64,000 nucleotides of DNA from positions 108,577 to 172,576 of IMG/VR virus record IMGVR_UViG_3300036966_000119; one strand, written 5' to 3'. Below the pieces are notes generated by a model that saw only the letters and a list, made by a program, of their open reading frames with translations, was not told the origin of the DNA and did not search any database. Position numbers and translations under genes: made by a program. Positions 29,266-39,143 of the stretch are shown in pieces. Every line of letters starts with the position of its first letter. Positions within the stretch are counted from its first letter, which is position 1. Source of the DNA: a virus. Taxonomy: Duplodnaviria; Caudoviricetes.

Positions 29266-29850
29266 ATGGAGAATGAGAATTATATCAAGATGGATGGTGA
29301 AAAGGCTTCATTTGATGGTGGAGCCATAAGATACACTAAGACAGGAAAAGGACGTTATGATCTGATACCTGGTGAAGTTGTTATTTCCATCCTTAATGAT
29401 GCATGGGAATATTTCTATAATGAAGGATCAATGACTACTTCTAAAATGGATATAATCCAGATGGCATATCAAAATCCTAATGTAGGTAGAGTTAAGTATT
29501 CTGAGACAATAATTAATCTTGTCAATTATATTTATGCATATGGAAAATGGACATATGATGAAACACACAATGATTCTGTTGAAACAGACTTTGGTGATTT
29601 CTTAACCGGTTTCTGTAGAATGCTTCATGATCTCGCAATACATTATGAGAATGGAGCAGAGAAGTATGGTCCTGACAATTGGAAAAAAGGCATTCCATCG
29701 ACTGGTGGTGAACGTGGCGGTTCATTCACTGATTCAGGATTAAGACACCTCAATCAATGGTGTCAAGGATTGAATGATGAACCACATCATATTTCATGCA
29801 TATGGAACTTTTTTGGTGCCATATGGACGATTCTTAATAAAGATAAATGA
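29266..29850 (+). CDS. dATP/dGTP diphosphohydrolase-like (DUF5664) protein
   Basis: FDGGAIR..GKGRYDLIP and HYENGAEKYGPDNWKKGIP..DSGLRHL..EPHH..C.WN. Confidence 0.8.
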   Translation: MENENYIKMDGEKASFDGGAIRYTKTGKGRYDLIPGEVVISILNDAWEYFYNEGSMTTSKMDIIQMAYQNPNVGRVKYSETIINLVNYIYAYGKWTYDETHNDSVETDFGDFLTGFCRMLHDLAIHYENGAEKYGPDNWKKGIPSTGGERGGSFTDSGLRHLNQWCQGLNDEPHHISCIWNFFGAIWTILNKDK

Positions 29851-29856
29851 TTATTT

Positions 29857-29878
29857 ATACGGGGCTTCGGCCCCGTAT
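29857..29878 (+). terminator. Intrinsic terminator with UUCG loop
   Basis: ATACGGGGC-TTCG-GCCCCGTAT followed by a T-rich tail. Confidence 0.85.
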
Positions 29879-29890
29879 TCATTTATTTTC

Positions 29891-29902
29891 AACACAACAA
29901 TA
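29891..29902 (+). promoter_or_regulatory. Putative late promoter AACA-N6-TA
   Basis: AACACAACAATA between the terminator and the sheath gene. Confidence 0.5.
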
Positions 29903-29993
29903 ATTGCGGGATTCAGCTATTGGATCGCGATTCTCCATAGTGTTAGATTCCCCTCAATTGCAATTAAATTCTACAGAAAAGGAGAAGACTAAT

Positions 29994-32900
29994 ATGCTTG
30001 AAACAAAATATGGTTTAAAATATTCAATGCCTCACAGCATTGTCCATATTGTTGATAATTCAATGTATCAGGGTGAACTCCCAAAAATCGTCGCTGACGA
30101 TCCTTCATTGTATTCAACAATCGTTGTTTCTGGTGCTCCGATGGGTGCTGATAATGAGATCATACCAATCAACAGAAGTGATGTGTTAAACATTTCTTAT
30201 GGTATGGCCAATCTCTCATCGGGTGATATCAAGAAATTTGGTCAGACCATAACATATCCGTCTGCAATTCTTGCACAGGATGCTCCTATAAAGTTCATGC
30301 GTGTAACACCTGATGAAGCAACTTATGCTTTCTCTTGCCTCCTCATCCAATGGAGATGGGATGGTGCTACAATGCACGTTCGTTTCAAGACAACTTCTGG
30401 AAACGGTAACAATGGACTTCCTCCTGGAATAGTTCATTCAAGCTTCAAGAATCCCGCTCGTCTCAACTCAACACTCGTAAGAATGTTTGCTGAGGACTTT
30501 GTTCCTGATGAAACTGGCGGTACATGGAAGCAGCGTGTATTCATGACATCTATAGCTGCAGGCCGTGGTAAGGTGTATGATTTCTATAATTATGCTATCA
30601 ACCAGACTCAGCAGTCAAAGCGTCCTGCAAACATAAGATATCTGTTTGCAACAATCGACACACGTACAGATCAGATCGTTGAGCGTTTCTATGCTTCACT
30701 CGTAAACCAGAATAATGGTGGTCGTGCTGATGCTATCGAAACAGTAAACGTTCAGGTTGGTCAGCGTGTTAAGGGTTCTTCAATCATCATTCCTACAGTT
30801 AACGAATTAGCTGTAACCGAACTCTACAAAGAGTACATGGCTAAGGTTAAGGAAATGATCGATGCTGATATCCTTCCTGCTGAATCCGATGAGATGAAGT
30901 GGGTTACAGATGTCTATAAGACAATGACAGTTAACATATTCGATCCTATCTATGGTAGATATATTTACAACGGTGATACCGATGTTAAACTGCCATACTT
31001 CCAGGTTGATATGTTTGACCTCGATATTCCTCAGCTTGAGACAGCTAACAAGCTCAACATAGCTCTCGGTCAAGGAGAAGTAATATCTGAGTATCTTGCT
31101 GATCCTATTGATCTTGATGCTGTTCTCGATTCAAAGACATACGGTGTAACAAATCCAGATGATGCATATCACGTAGGTGATTTGTTTATCACCAATACAG
31201 CAACACGTGCACTTACATTGATCACATCAATCAATCAGTACACAGGTGCTATCACATCAATACCGATCTCTCAGGTATGTGAAGATAAGACAGCAACACC
31301 TCAGAAGAAGTACATGTTCTCTGCATTTACATCTGTTGATTCAACACCAACACTTGACAATGTATTTGAGGCTGTTAATGACCTGATCAGACGTAGAAAG
31401 CTCGTTCCAACAATCGAGTCAACCGAAACTGATCAGCAGGGTAAATCTTATTATAAGTACAGCCCTGACTTTGTACTTGTTGAGAATAAGGGTTCAATCA
31501 ATCCTAACAACAAGCTGACAAACTTCATCATTGCTAAGATCGGTTATGCTGATAAGGAAACCACATCTACAACAGATCCTGTACCAAATCAGGAGAAGTC
31601 TTATTTGTATAACACAAAGGCTCGTGTATACAGTCTGCTTGTATATCCTTCAACAAAGATTACATCTTTCGCAACAGAAACAACAGATGAATTCTATAAT
31701 TCACCTGGTGCAACATATATCGATACCACAAATGGTGAAGTATATGTCAATGGTTATACCTCAGATAGTGCTTCAACAGGTCATCGTTACCCAGTTGCTG
31801 ATTCAGAAACACCATTCTTCGTTGGTAACTGTCCTACATCATTTGCTATCACAAATGATCTTATGAATGCTTCATATGATCTTCTTATATACAAGGATTC
31901 AAATGAAGCTGGTGGTACTAATGTCGACGTAACTTGGTCTGTTATCGGCGGTTCTGGTGTTCCAAATACCGGCAGAGGATATAAGACTGGTGACGTAGTT
32001 ACACTCAAGGACACAGTAATAGATGAGGAAACAAGAGATATACCTGATAATACAAAATTCACTGTATCAAGTGTTATTTCTGGTACAGACGATCAGACAA
32101 TAACTGTTCGTTTCGTTTCTGGTCCTGCACAAACAGGAAAAATAGTTGAAGGTGTTTATGACACTGAAAATCTTACAGCATATGATCCTGTCGGTGCGTC
32201 AGATGAATATGTTGCAGGTAGATTCTATGAGAAGTCTACTGACGGCGAAGGTCATGCAACTTATACAAGACTTGATAGCGATACAGCTCCTGCAGATTGG
32301 GGTGTTGCTGAAGACAAGTACTTCACAGAGAGACTTGCTCAGGGTCTTAAGATCAAGATTACTGCTGCAGACATAAAGACAATTATTGCTCCTCCATCTG
32401 CTAATCCAACAGTAATCAAGCGTTTCATGATCACTGGTACTCAGGGTTCACTCTATCGTTACCAGATGGATCCTACTGACATTCCTTCAGACTACTATTC
32501 ACCATCATACGGTATCAACCCGAACTCAGAGCTCGGTGGTATCCCGATCGAAAACGGTTATGCTGGCTTCTTCGATGATGATATTTCTGAAATCGAATTC
32601 AAGTGGCGTTACTCAGCTCTGCTTGTTAAGGCATACAAGGGTGAGATAGATCCTCGTATCAAGTCACCTGTAAGATGTCCTGCCAAGTATCTCTTCGACG
32701 GCGGCACAAATACTATCGTTGGACAGACAATTCTTCCATACATGGTATACAAGCCGGTTGATATAATCAACGCTTCAACAATCTACAATGACGACGAGAA
32801 GGAAGCTATACTTCTTAACTCAGATCTCATCGCCAACATAAAGGAGTTTGAGGATATCGACGTTAAGCAGGCAATGTATGACCTCGCGGTATATCGTTGC

Positions 32901-33650
32901 TACCAGGGTATTCCTGAGGACAAGCGTCCGATAGGTCCTGGTTCAGGCTTATCTCTCCATCTCGACTCAGGTGTTACAGATGCTAACACAGCAATGCTTG
33001 TCAACCAGTCATTTACCAAGAGATTCAACAACCCGAATGTTTCTTGGGATATTGGTGGATATGTATCTTCTGCTGATGGCATCTCATACACTTTCACAAA
33101 GGCTCTTGCAGACAGCATGTTTGCACATCTGAAGCGTTTCTCTGTTAATAAGCCATTCACAGGCAAGTACACCAACATTTCTCCTGAGAGCTATATCTCA
33201 TTCTTCCCGGATATAGATATACGTGACTGGGAGGAAAGAGAACTCCTCTACAAGTCTGGTGGTAACGCTTGGATCATGGATGTTAACGGTAACCTCCAGA
33301 GAAAGTCACAGCGTACTCTCTACAGAGAAGGCGATACTTCAGATCTGATCCAGGAGAACAACATGAGAACACTTTCTCAGTTAACATATCTCCTCCAGAA
33401 CAAGATCGATTCTTATCTGCTTGAGTACAACGATGATGGCGTTCTTAAGACACTTAAGGATGACGTTGATTCAATGTTCTCCAACTGGGTTGGAAACCTT
33501 GTACAGAAGCTTGATATCACTTTCGAGAGAGACATCAATCCTCTTGACGGCGGTGAGATCGTAGTATGCTACTGCAACGTTACATTCAGAGGTCTCATCC
33601 TCAGAGTACCGATCATCGTAAACGTTCAGAGACGTACTGATTCTGAATAA
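29994..33650 (+). CDS. Contractile tail sheath protein with large insertions
   Basis: About 1218 aa. C-terminal ERELLYKSGGN..SQRTLY..SDLIQENNMRTL..LLEYND resembles the sheath C-terminus. Directly upstream of a tube-like gene. Confidence 0.8.
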   Translation: MLETKYGLKYSMPHSIVHIVDNSMYQGELPKIVADDPSLYSTIVVSGAPMGADNEIIPINRSDVLNISYGMANLSSGDIKKFGQTITYPSAILAQDAPIKFMRVTPDEATYAFSCLLIQWRWDGATMHVRFKTTSGNGNNGLPPGIVHSSFKNPARLNSTLVRMFAEDFVPDETGGTWKQRVFMTSIAAGRGKVYDFYNYAINQTQQSKRPANIRYLFATIDTRTDQIVERFYASLVNQNNGGRADAIETVNVQVGQRVKGSSIIIPTVNELAVTELYKEYMAKVKEMIDADILPAESDEMKWVTDVYKTMTVNIFDPIYGRYIYNGDTDVKLPYFQVDMFDLDIPQLETANKLNIALGQGEVISEYLADPIDLDAVLDSKTYGVTNPDDAYHVGDLFITNTATRALTLITSINQYTGAITSIPISQVCEDKTATPQKKYMFSAFTSVDSTPTLDNVFEAVNDLIRRRKLVPTIESTETDQQGKSYYKYSPDFVLVENKGSINPNNKLTNFIIAKIGYADKETTSTTDPVPNQEKSYLYNTKARVYSLLVYPSTKITSFATETTDEFYNSPGATYIDTTNGEVYVNGYTSDSASTGHRYPVADSETPFFVGNCPTSFAITNDLMNASYDLLIYKDSNEAGGTNVDVTWSVIGGSGVPNTGRGYKTGDVVTLKDTVIDEETRDIPDNTKFTVSSVISGTDDQTITVRFVSGPAQTGKIVEGVYDTENLTAYDPVGASDEYVAGRFYEKSTDGEGHATYTRLDSDTAPADWGVAEDKYFTERLAQGLKIKITAADIKTIIAPPSANPTVIKRFMITGTQGSLYRYQMDPTDIPSDYYSPSYGINPNSELGGIPIENGYAGFFDDDISEIEFKWRYSALLVKAYKGEIDPRIKSPVRCPAKYLFDGGTNTIVGQTILPYMVYKPVDIINASTIYNDDEKEAILLNSDLIANIKEFEDIDVKQAMYDLAVYRCYQGIPEDKRPIGPGSGLSLHLDSGVTDANTAMLVNQSFTKRFNNPNVSWDIGGYVSSADGISYTFTKALADSMFAHLKRFSVNKPFTGKYTNISPESYISFFPDIDIRDWEERELLYKSGGNAWIMDVNGNLQRKSQRTLYREGDTSDLIQENNMRTLSQLTYLLQNKIDSYLLEYNDDGVLKTLKDDVDSMFSNWVGNLVQKLDITFERDINPLDGGEIVVCYCNVTFRGLILRVPIIVNVQRRTDSE

Positions 33651-33673
33651 TGGTAGGAAAGGAGAGATAATCT

Positions 33674-34795
33674 ATGGCTACAAGTTTACAGACAGGCATC
33701 CGTGAGTACAAGGGTGACCTTTCTCAGTACACAGGTATGTACGGTGGTCTCACACCAGATGTGCATACTCTTAGAAGTCTTAATCCGCTCACTACCAACC
33801 GTGTTCTCTGCGTAATGTACCGTGGTCCTTACTTCCTCATGCACTACTTCGGCGGTGATGAGAACAATGCATACAACCCAAGGAACGAATTCGGTACATA
33901 CAAGAAGATTGTCGAGTACTACAATACCGGCATCACTTGTAATATAGGAGATGCTTCTCTCGCTCCAGCTACTCTTCAGGGTGGCTTTGCGGGTAGAAGC
34001 ATTTCTATCCCTACAACTCAGAACGCACAGTCAGGTCAGACTCTCACCATTCAGGTTCCTGAAATGGTAGGTCGTCCTGTTGCTAACTTCCACAATATGT
34101 GGATCGATGGTATTGCAGATCCTATCACAGGACTTACAACATATCACGGTCTCGTAGCAGGTTCTATAGGTGAAGATAATACTCCTCAGAGAATATTCGC
34201 ACCTGTAACCGGTGGTAATGCTCTCGCATCATCATCTGGTGTTGCACTCGATCCTTCACCTGCTTGGGAAGTTGCTGAGTTCCTCATAATCGCACTTGAC
34301 AGAAGTGGTGCACGTGTTGAAGCTGCTACAATGGCTCTCGGCTGTGTTCCTTCTGCAAAGGTTGGTAATGACATATTCAACTCAAACAACACTGGTCAAT
34401 CACAGATCCAGAATCTCCAGCTGACATACAACTGTCAGTATGTACAGTCTGCTTATGTAAATGACCTTGCAACAAGATATGTTAAGCAGTTCGCTGTATT
34501 CGGCAACTCACTTAACTTCAATCCTGGTGCTGGTGATGCATTCTTCGACACAGCTAATGAGGCACCTTATGGTGACATCAATACAGCTATATTCAACGGT
34601 GGTAAGAGACCTAACCTCGACTCTGTTCAGTCTGGTCTTGGTAATGCTCCTGTTATGTATGCTAACAACAAGGCTGTTGTACGTAATTCACCTGCTCCGA
34701 AGGCTGTTGAAGTTGGCGATCACTCAGTGATCTACAATGATGCAGACTTCAACTCTACAGATATATCCAATCCTTATGAGGGTGCAGGAATCTGA
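33674..34795 (+). CDS. Tail tube protein
   Basis: 373 aa after the sheath; TLTIQVPE..FHNMWIDGIADPITG..FLIIALDRSG tube-like pattern. Confidence 0.75.
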   Translation: MATSLQTGIREYKGDLSQYTGMYGGLTPDVHTLRSLNPLTTNRVLCVMYRGPYFLMHYFGGDENNAYNPRNEFGTYKKIVEYYNTGITCNIGDASLAPATLQGGFAGRSISIPTTQNAQSGQTLTIQVPEMVGRPVANFHNMWIDGIADPITGLTTYHGLVAGSIGEDNTPQRIFAPVTGGNALASSSGVALDPSPAWEVAEFLIIALDRSGARVEAATMALGCVPSAKVGNDIFNSNNTGQSQIQNLQLTYNCQYVQSAYVNDLATRYVKQFAVFGNSLNFNPGAGDAFFDTANEAPYGDINTAIFNGGKRPNLDSVQSGLGNAPVMYANNKAVVRNSPAPKAVEVGDHSVIYNDADFNSTDISNPYEGAGI

Positions 34796-34814
34796 CAAAA
34801 AAAATACAATATAG

Positions 34815-34838
34815 TGCGGGGGCCACAAGGCCCCTGCA
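34815..34838. terminator. Bidirectional terminator
   Basis: TGCGGGGGCC-ACAA-GGCCCCTGCA between convergent genes. Confidence 0.8.
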
Positions 34839-34848
34839 TTAATTGTAT

Positions 34849-35250
34849 TTATATTAAATTAAATATTTCGATTATATCAAATCTCTCATAATGGAATTTT
34901 ATACACACATGTCTTGATCGACATTCAAAGAATCCGATGTATACACCTAATAATTTCTTATCGGCTTTTGTAATCATCTTCTTTGATATAATTATTCCAT
35001 CATCCATGATTGTTGGACATTTTGCTTTACCAACAATCTCTCTTTCATACATTGTAAACTCTGTTCCCAAAGCTGCTTCAACTAATTCATCATCGTTGAT
35101 TGTATCCAGAGATGATATATCAAACTCTGGATCATCCATTAATTCTTTTAATAATGATTCATCATTGAAGATGTATTTGAATTTGAAGTTCTTGGGTTTG
35201 TGTGTTTCAACCAACTCAACCGGAGTCAGTTCTTTTTTACTTGATGCCAT
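34849..35250 (-). CDS. Hypothetical protein
   Basis: Start MASSK after GAGGAGG. Confidence 0.7.
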   Translation of the reverse strand: MASSKKELTPVELVETHKPKNFKFKYIFNDESLLKELMDDPEFDISSLDTINDDELVEAALGTEFTMYEREIVGKAKCPTIMDDGIIISKKMITKADKKLLGVYIGFFECRSRHVCIKFHYERFDIIEIFNLI

Positions 35251-35263
35251 TATATTTTCCTCC

Positions 35264-35929
35264 TCATGTGAAAGCATCCATCATCTTCTCTGTGAAGTTA
35301 CTAATGTAGCATTCTATTGTTATAGGTAGTACTCCTTTATTGGGATCATCATCGTCTTCTACAATTGCATCGCATAATCCTTCATACGTTAAACAAATAT
35401 TACCGTCATCTGTTGGTCTACCCACATGTTTCTTGTAATCTTTTTGTAATTGATACAATACACAATTAGCTTTCATTATATCATCAGCATATTCATCATC
35501 TGGACAATAATCACATAGTAAGAAATCAACTACCATACCATGATCCAATCCATTGATAATATCACCGATAACTCTAAAGATTTCAACATCTCTACGAACT
35601 ATCGCTTCTCCAAATAACATATACTGATTCAACTCAGCTGACAAGTTTGATATCGCTTCTTCTACAAAGTCCCAACATGTCATCACAGTGAACAATTCAT
35701 CCGATGAATTTGATTTAAACTTATATGGTTCCAATACATGGTTTCCATCATATTTACCATTGGAACCTTTCTTGACAAGTGTTATTGATTCCGGTGGAAC
35801 ATTAGTGAACCCATGTTGTGATGTGAACAATTTTAAATCATCCATCGTTTCTGCGTATACATAATAATTCATATTCTTAGAAGTATTATGTACTGAGGAG
35901 AATTCGAATTTGAGATAATAATCCTCCAT
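35264..35929 (-). CDS. Hypothetical acidic protein
   Basis: 221-aa ORF coupled to its neighbours. Confidence 0.75.
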   Translation of the reverse strand: MEDYYLKFEFSSVHNTSKNMNYYVYAETMDDLKLFTSQHGFTNVPPESITLVKKGSNGKYDGNHVLEPYKFKSNSSDELFTVMTCWDFVEEAISNLSAELNQYMLFGEAIVRRDVEIFRVIGDIINGLDHGMVVDFLLCDYCPDDEYADDIMKANCVLYQLQKDYKKHVGRPTDDGNICLTYEGLCDAIVEDDDDPNKGVLPITIECYISNFTEKMMDAFT

Positions 35930-35930
35930 G

Positions 35931-36626
35931 TTACCATCCCTTCATTTCTGCTAAAACAACTTTGGCTACAAATGACAGTAGTCCTATGTTGCCCATCTTG
36001 TATTCACCCGTTCTTCCAAATGGTACATAATAAAATTCGGGTAATTTGTCCTGTAGATAATTCTTTTGGAACTTCGATAAGAATGGAAGTATGTCTGTAT
36101 CGTAGTTATCCACTTTATTGAATACATTACAAAGAAACTTATGAATACCAAGGGTATGCTGATTTAACATTTCCTTTGGTATACCCTTATATGTGACCAC
36201 TCCATCGGAGTAGAACATTTCTATTCCTTTATAATACATATAAGCAGACCAAGTATTCTCGTGTTTGAATTCTATACCATCGATATTATTTATTATTTTA
36301 TTTTTCGAATTGAAAATACATGCATCCGAATGTAATGATATTACATTTGTTTCGTCTAAATTGTTAGCTTCCAAGAATTTTCTTCTGGTATCAAGCTCAC
36401 ATTCTATTAGACGCTGCGAGTATTCCTTGTTATCGCGTTGCATTAAACCAACTCTTTTTGTTCGTTGATCCTTTGGTAATAACCGTAATATCCGTATCGT
36501 TTCTTCATCAAGTAACCCATACTTTTCTGATACTGATACAGACATTGCTCTCATATCATATTCAACGATATTAGAATGAAACATAAATTGGATATTTGGA
36601 TTAAACCATAAAAGTTTTTCATTCAT
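35931..36626 (-). CDS. Minimal family-B DNA polymerase-like palm domain
   Basis: IVEYDMRAMSVS (motif A-like), VISLHSDACIF (motif C-like), VTYKGI (KG motif); 231 aa. Confidence 0.55.
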   Translation of the reverse strand: MNEKLLWFNPNIQFMFHSNIVEYDMRAMSVSVSEKYGLLDEETIRILRLLPKDQRTKRVGLMQRDNKEYSQRLIECELDTRRKFLEANNLDETNVISLHSDACIFNSKNKIINNIDGIEFKHENTWSAYMYYKGIEMFYSDGVVTYKGIPKEMLNQHTLGIHKFLCNVFNKVDNYDTDILPFLSKFQKNYLQDKLPEFYYVPFGRTGEYKMGNIGLLSFVAKVVLAEMKGW

Positions 36627-36671
36627 TATACCACCAACCTTTTCTTTAAATTAGTACATATTTGTCATGTA

Positions 36672-36723
36672 CATATAAATGATATATGTATTATTTAAAA
36701 ATTTTACATGTATGATTTATTTG
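36672..36723. promoter_or_regulatory. Divergent pair of early-type promoters
   Basis: Minus ACATATATCATTTATATG (36672-36689) and plus ACATGTATGATTTATTTG (36706-36723). Confidence 0.65.
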
Positions 36724-36769
36724 TATATGAAAATACAAATATAAAATTCTTATGCAAAGGAGAAAGAAT

Positions 36770-38641
36770 ATGGCTGACAATAAAAACATTGATCCGTTGG
36801 AAGCATTACTCAATAAGCAGAAAGCTGCTCTTGGTCGTCCAACAGATGAACCTGTTGCTACTTCGACTGATGCAACACCAGAATCAACCGGATTCATGAA
36901 CACTGAAATTCCTGTAAATGAAGTTGCATCACCCTTAATTCCTGATGATATTACTGAAGATGATATCTATGGTAACAATGATCTGGAGAATGAAATAGCA
37001 GCAGAAGAAGCTGCTGATGAAGCACAGCGTAAGGCAATGGCTGAAGAAGCTATTAGTCAGAAGGAGCAGAAGAAGGCCGAGACACCTTTCATGCCACCTG
37101 ATGAGCATGATATGCAGTATCATAATGAAGCGATTGCATATCAGCAGGACAAGCTCAATATCGTATCAGGAATGGTAAACCGTGTTGTTGCTAAATACAG
37201 AATCATCTCTGGTGGCATCGAAGACGTTCCTAATCCTGATCTCGGTACACTCGGCAAGATGGCTGTAATGGGTGAACTCATTGACATCTATCACAACAAT
37301 GGCGAAAAAATAACTCCTGAGTTTGAGACTCTTATTCTCAAAAACTGGGTTATGCCTGATGGATCACTTGCTATCAACAATATCAATGAGAATGGTATTG
37401 TAATCGATAGAACAATGACAAATGATGCTCCGACAAACGTATCATCAACAAAGATAACAAATGATGTTCCTACTGAGGAGGAGAAGAAAGAAACTCCTAC
37501 AATCAACATCAATGTTGAACAGGGTACTCCTGTAACAGTAAATGTTGATGATTCTATCGTTGCTAAAACAGCTGAGACAAATGAGGTTAACATCTACGTC
37601 AAGGAAGTTACTCAGGAAGAACTTCTCAAGACAACCATCGTTGAGAACTCAGACCAGGAAGGCATTATCAACGTATATGACTCCGGTGTTAATGATGTTC
37701 CTATTACACTCCCTCTCTCAGGATATCGTTGTGTAATGAGACCGATCAACTGGTTTGACTTTATCAAGCTTACCGCACCTACTTCAAACAATGGTACTGA
37801 TAACGAACTCAAGAAGTGGTCTGTAATATATGATCACCTTAAGAATCCTTCAATCGGAGAATTCAAAGACTTTGAAGACTTCATGAAGAAGACAAAGTAC
37901 CAGGATCGCGAAATACTTATGTGGGGTCTTCTTGTTGCTACTGCTGATGATGAGGAAACTCTTTCATTCACATGTGACAATGAAAACTGTAAAAACAGAA
38001 TCCAGATCAAGTATCGTCCTCGTACAATTATTCATATCGATGATTCACATGTTCCTTCATGGTATCTTCCTTCATATGAATCTGCTCCTGGTCCTGATTC
38101 TGTTAAGATCTGGGAAGAAGCAAACGGCAGAAGAAAGCGTTACAAGCTTCCTAACACAGGTATCATCGTTGAGATCAATGAGCCTTCTGCATACGAGTAC
38201 GTTACACAGAAACTTCCTCTCATCGATACACTGTTCAAGAGATATCGTCCAGATGACTCAATGACAAAGCTTGATCCTCAGGATGTATCAATGGCTGAAT
38301 TCGATTACCTTGCTGCAAATGCATTGTTCGTTTCTGCAATGACAATCGTTCGCCAGGGTAAAGACGGTAAACCCAAGGAGTATCGTTTCACTAACTGGAA
38401 CCAGATCGAGGAGATTATCACAAAGGCTCTCGATGCAGAAGACTCTGGTATTCTTCTTAAGATTATCGAGAAGACAAGAGAGAACGTTTCTCCTGTATCA
38501 TTCCGAGTTGAAGACATCACATGTAAGTCATGTGGTAGACATATCGATTTCGTACCTATTAATGATATCGGAACATCATTGCTTTTCCAAGTATCACGAA
38601 GGCTCAGCAATACTCAGATAAACTTAATCGAGATGGATTAG
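36770..38641 (+). CDS. Probable baseplate hub/tail assembly protein (T4 gp26-like, two Cys pairs) with acidic N-terminal extension
   Basis: ITLPLSGYRCVMRP, FTCDNENC, ITCKSCG. Confidence 0.5.
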   Translation: MADNKNIDPLEALLNKQKAALGRPTDEPVATSTDATPESTGFMNTEIPVNEVASPLIPDDITEDDIYGNNDLENEIAAEEAADEAQRKAMAEEAISQKEQKKAETPFMPPDEHDMQYHNEAIAYQQDKLNIVSGMVNRVVAKYRIISGGIEDVPNPDLGTLGKMAVMGELIDIYHNNGEKITPEFETLILKNWVMPDGSLAINNINENGIVIDRTMTNDAPTNVSSTKITNDVPTEEEKKETPTININVEQGTPVTVNVDDSIVAKTAETNEVNIYVKEVTQEELLKTTIVENSDQEGIINVYDSGVNDVPITLPLSGYRCVMRPINWFDFIKLTAPTSNNGTDNELKKWSVIYDHLKNPSIGEFKDFEDFMKKTKYQDREILMWGLLVATADDEETLSFTCDNENCKNRIQIKYRPRTIIHIDDSHVPSWYLPSYESAPGPDSVKIWEEANGRRKRYKLPNTGIIVEINEPSAYEYVTQKLPLIDTLFKRYRPDDSMTKLDPQDVSMAEFDYLAANALFVSAMTIVRQGKDGKPKEYRFTNWNQIEEIITKALDAEDSGILLKIIEKTRENVSPVSFRVEDITCKSCGRHIDFVPINDIGTSLLFQVSRRLSNTQINLIEMD

Positions 38642-38652
38642 AAATTATCGAG

Positions 38653-38940
38653 ATGGGGCTAATGTTCGGAAAGATAATTCCAATGAACATGCTTGCACGA
38701 ATGCCGCTTCCATTCGTGCACCGCCTCCGTGATATAAGGATCAAACAGTTGCAAGAAGCAAACAAGCAACAAGAGTTGCAGATGCAACAAGCTCGTGTAC
38801 AACAGCAGAGAAATATGACACGTGGAAAATTACCACCAAACTGGAGACCACCGGCACAACCACAAAATATCTCTGGTGGCTTTGATCCCGCCATGTTTAA
38901 TGGCACACCGTTCGATGATATCATAGATGAACTTACCTGA
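38653..38940 (+). CDS. Small protein, possible tail-assembly chaperone C-terminal segment
   Basis: 95 aa in the -1 frame relative to the upstream gene; no clear RBS. Confidence 0.55.
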   Translation: MGLMFGKIIPMNMLARMPLPFVHRLRDIRIKQLQEANKQQELQMQQARVQQQRNMTRGKLPPNWRPPAQPQNISGGFDPAMFNGTPFDDIIDELT

Positions 38941-38976
38941 TATTTTAAAATAATAAAATAAAGAGGTGAGTTTTTA

Positions 38977-39120
38977 ATGGATAATATGTCAGATTTTTCC
39001 CAGTTAAATCAATACATTTACTGGTTTATACAAAATAATGGAATCCCCTATGTTGTCGACAATTACATTGTCTTGCGAGAACAATATTATTCGGAGAAGA
39101 CAACTACGTCGGCATCATAG
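38977..39120 (+). CDS. Small hypothetical protein (47 aa, not in the ORF track)
   Basis: GAGGTG RBS; MDNMSDFSQLNQYIYWFIQNNGIPYVVDNY... Confidence 0.6.
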   Translation: MDNMSDFSQLNQYIYWFIQNNGIPYVVDNYIVLREQYYSEKTTTSAS

Positions 39121-39143
39121 GTATATTCCGTCTGGAGGTACTT

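Noticed and set aside
36770-38641. Chimallin (nuclear shell) on the basis of its ~620-aa size
   Set aside because: Size alone is not evidence. The LP.SG..V.MRP and paired Cys motifs fit a baseplate-hub/tail assembly protein better.
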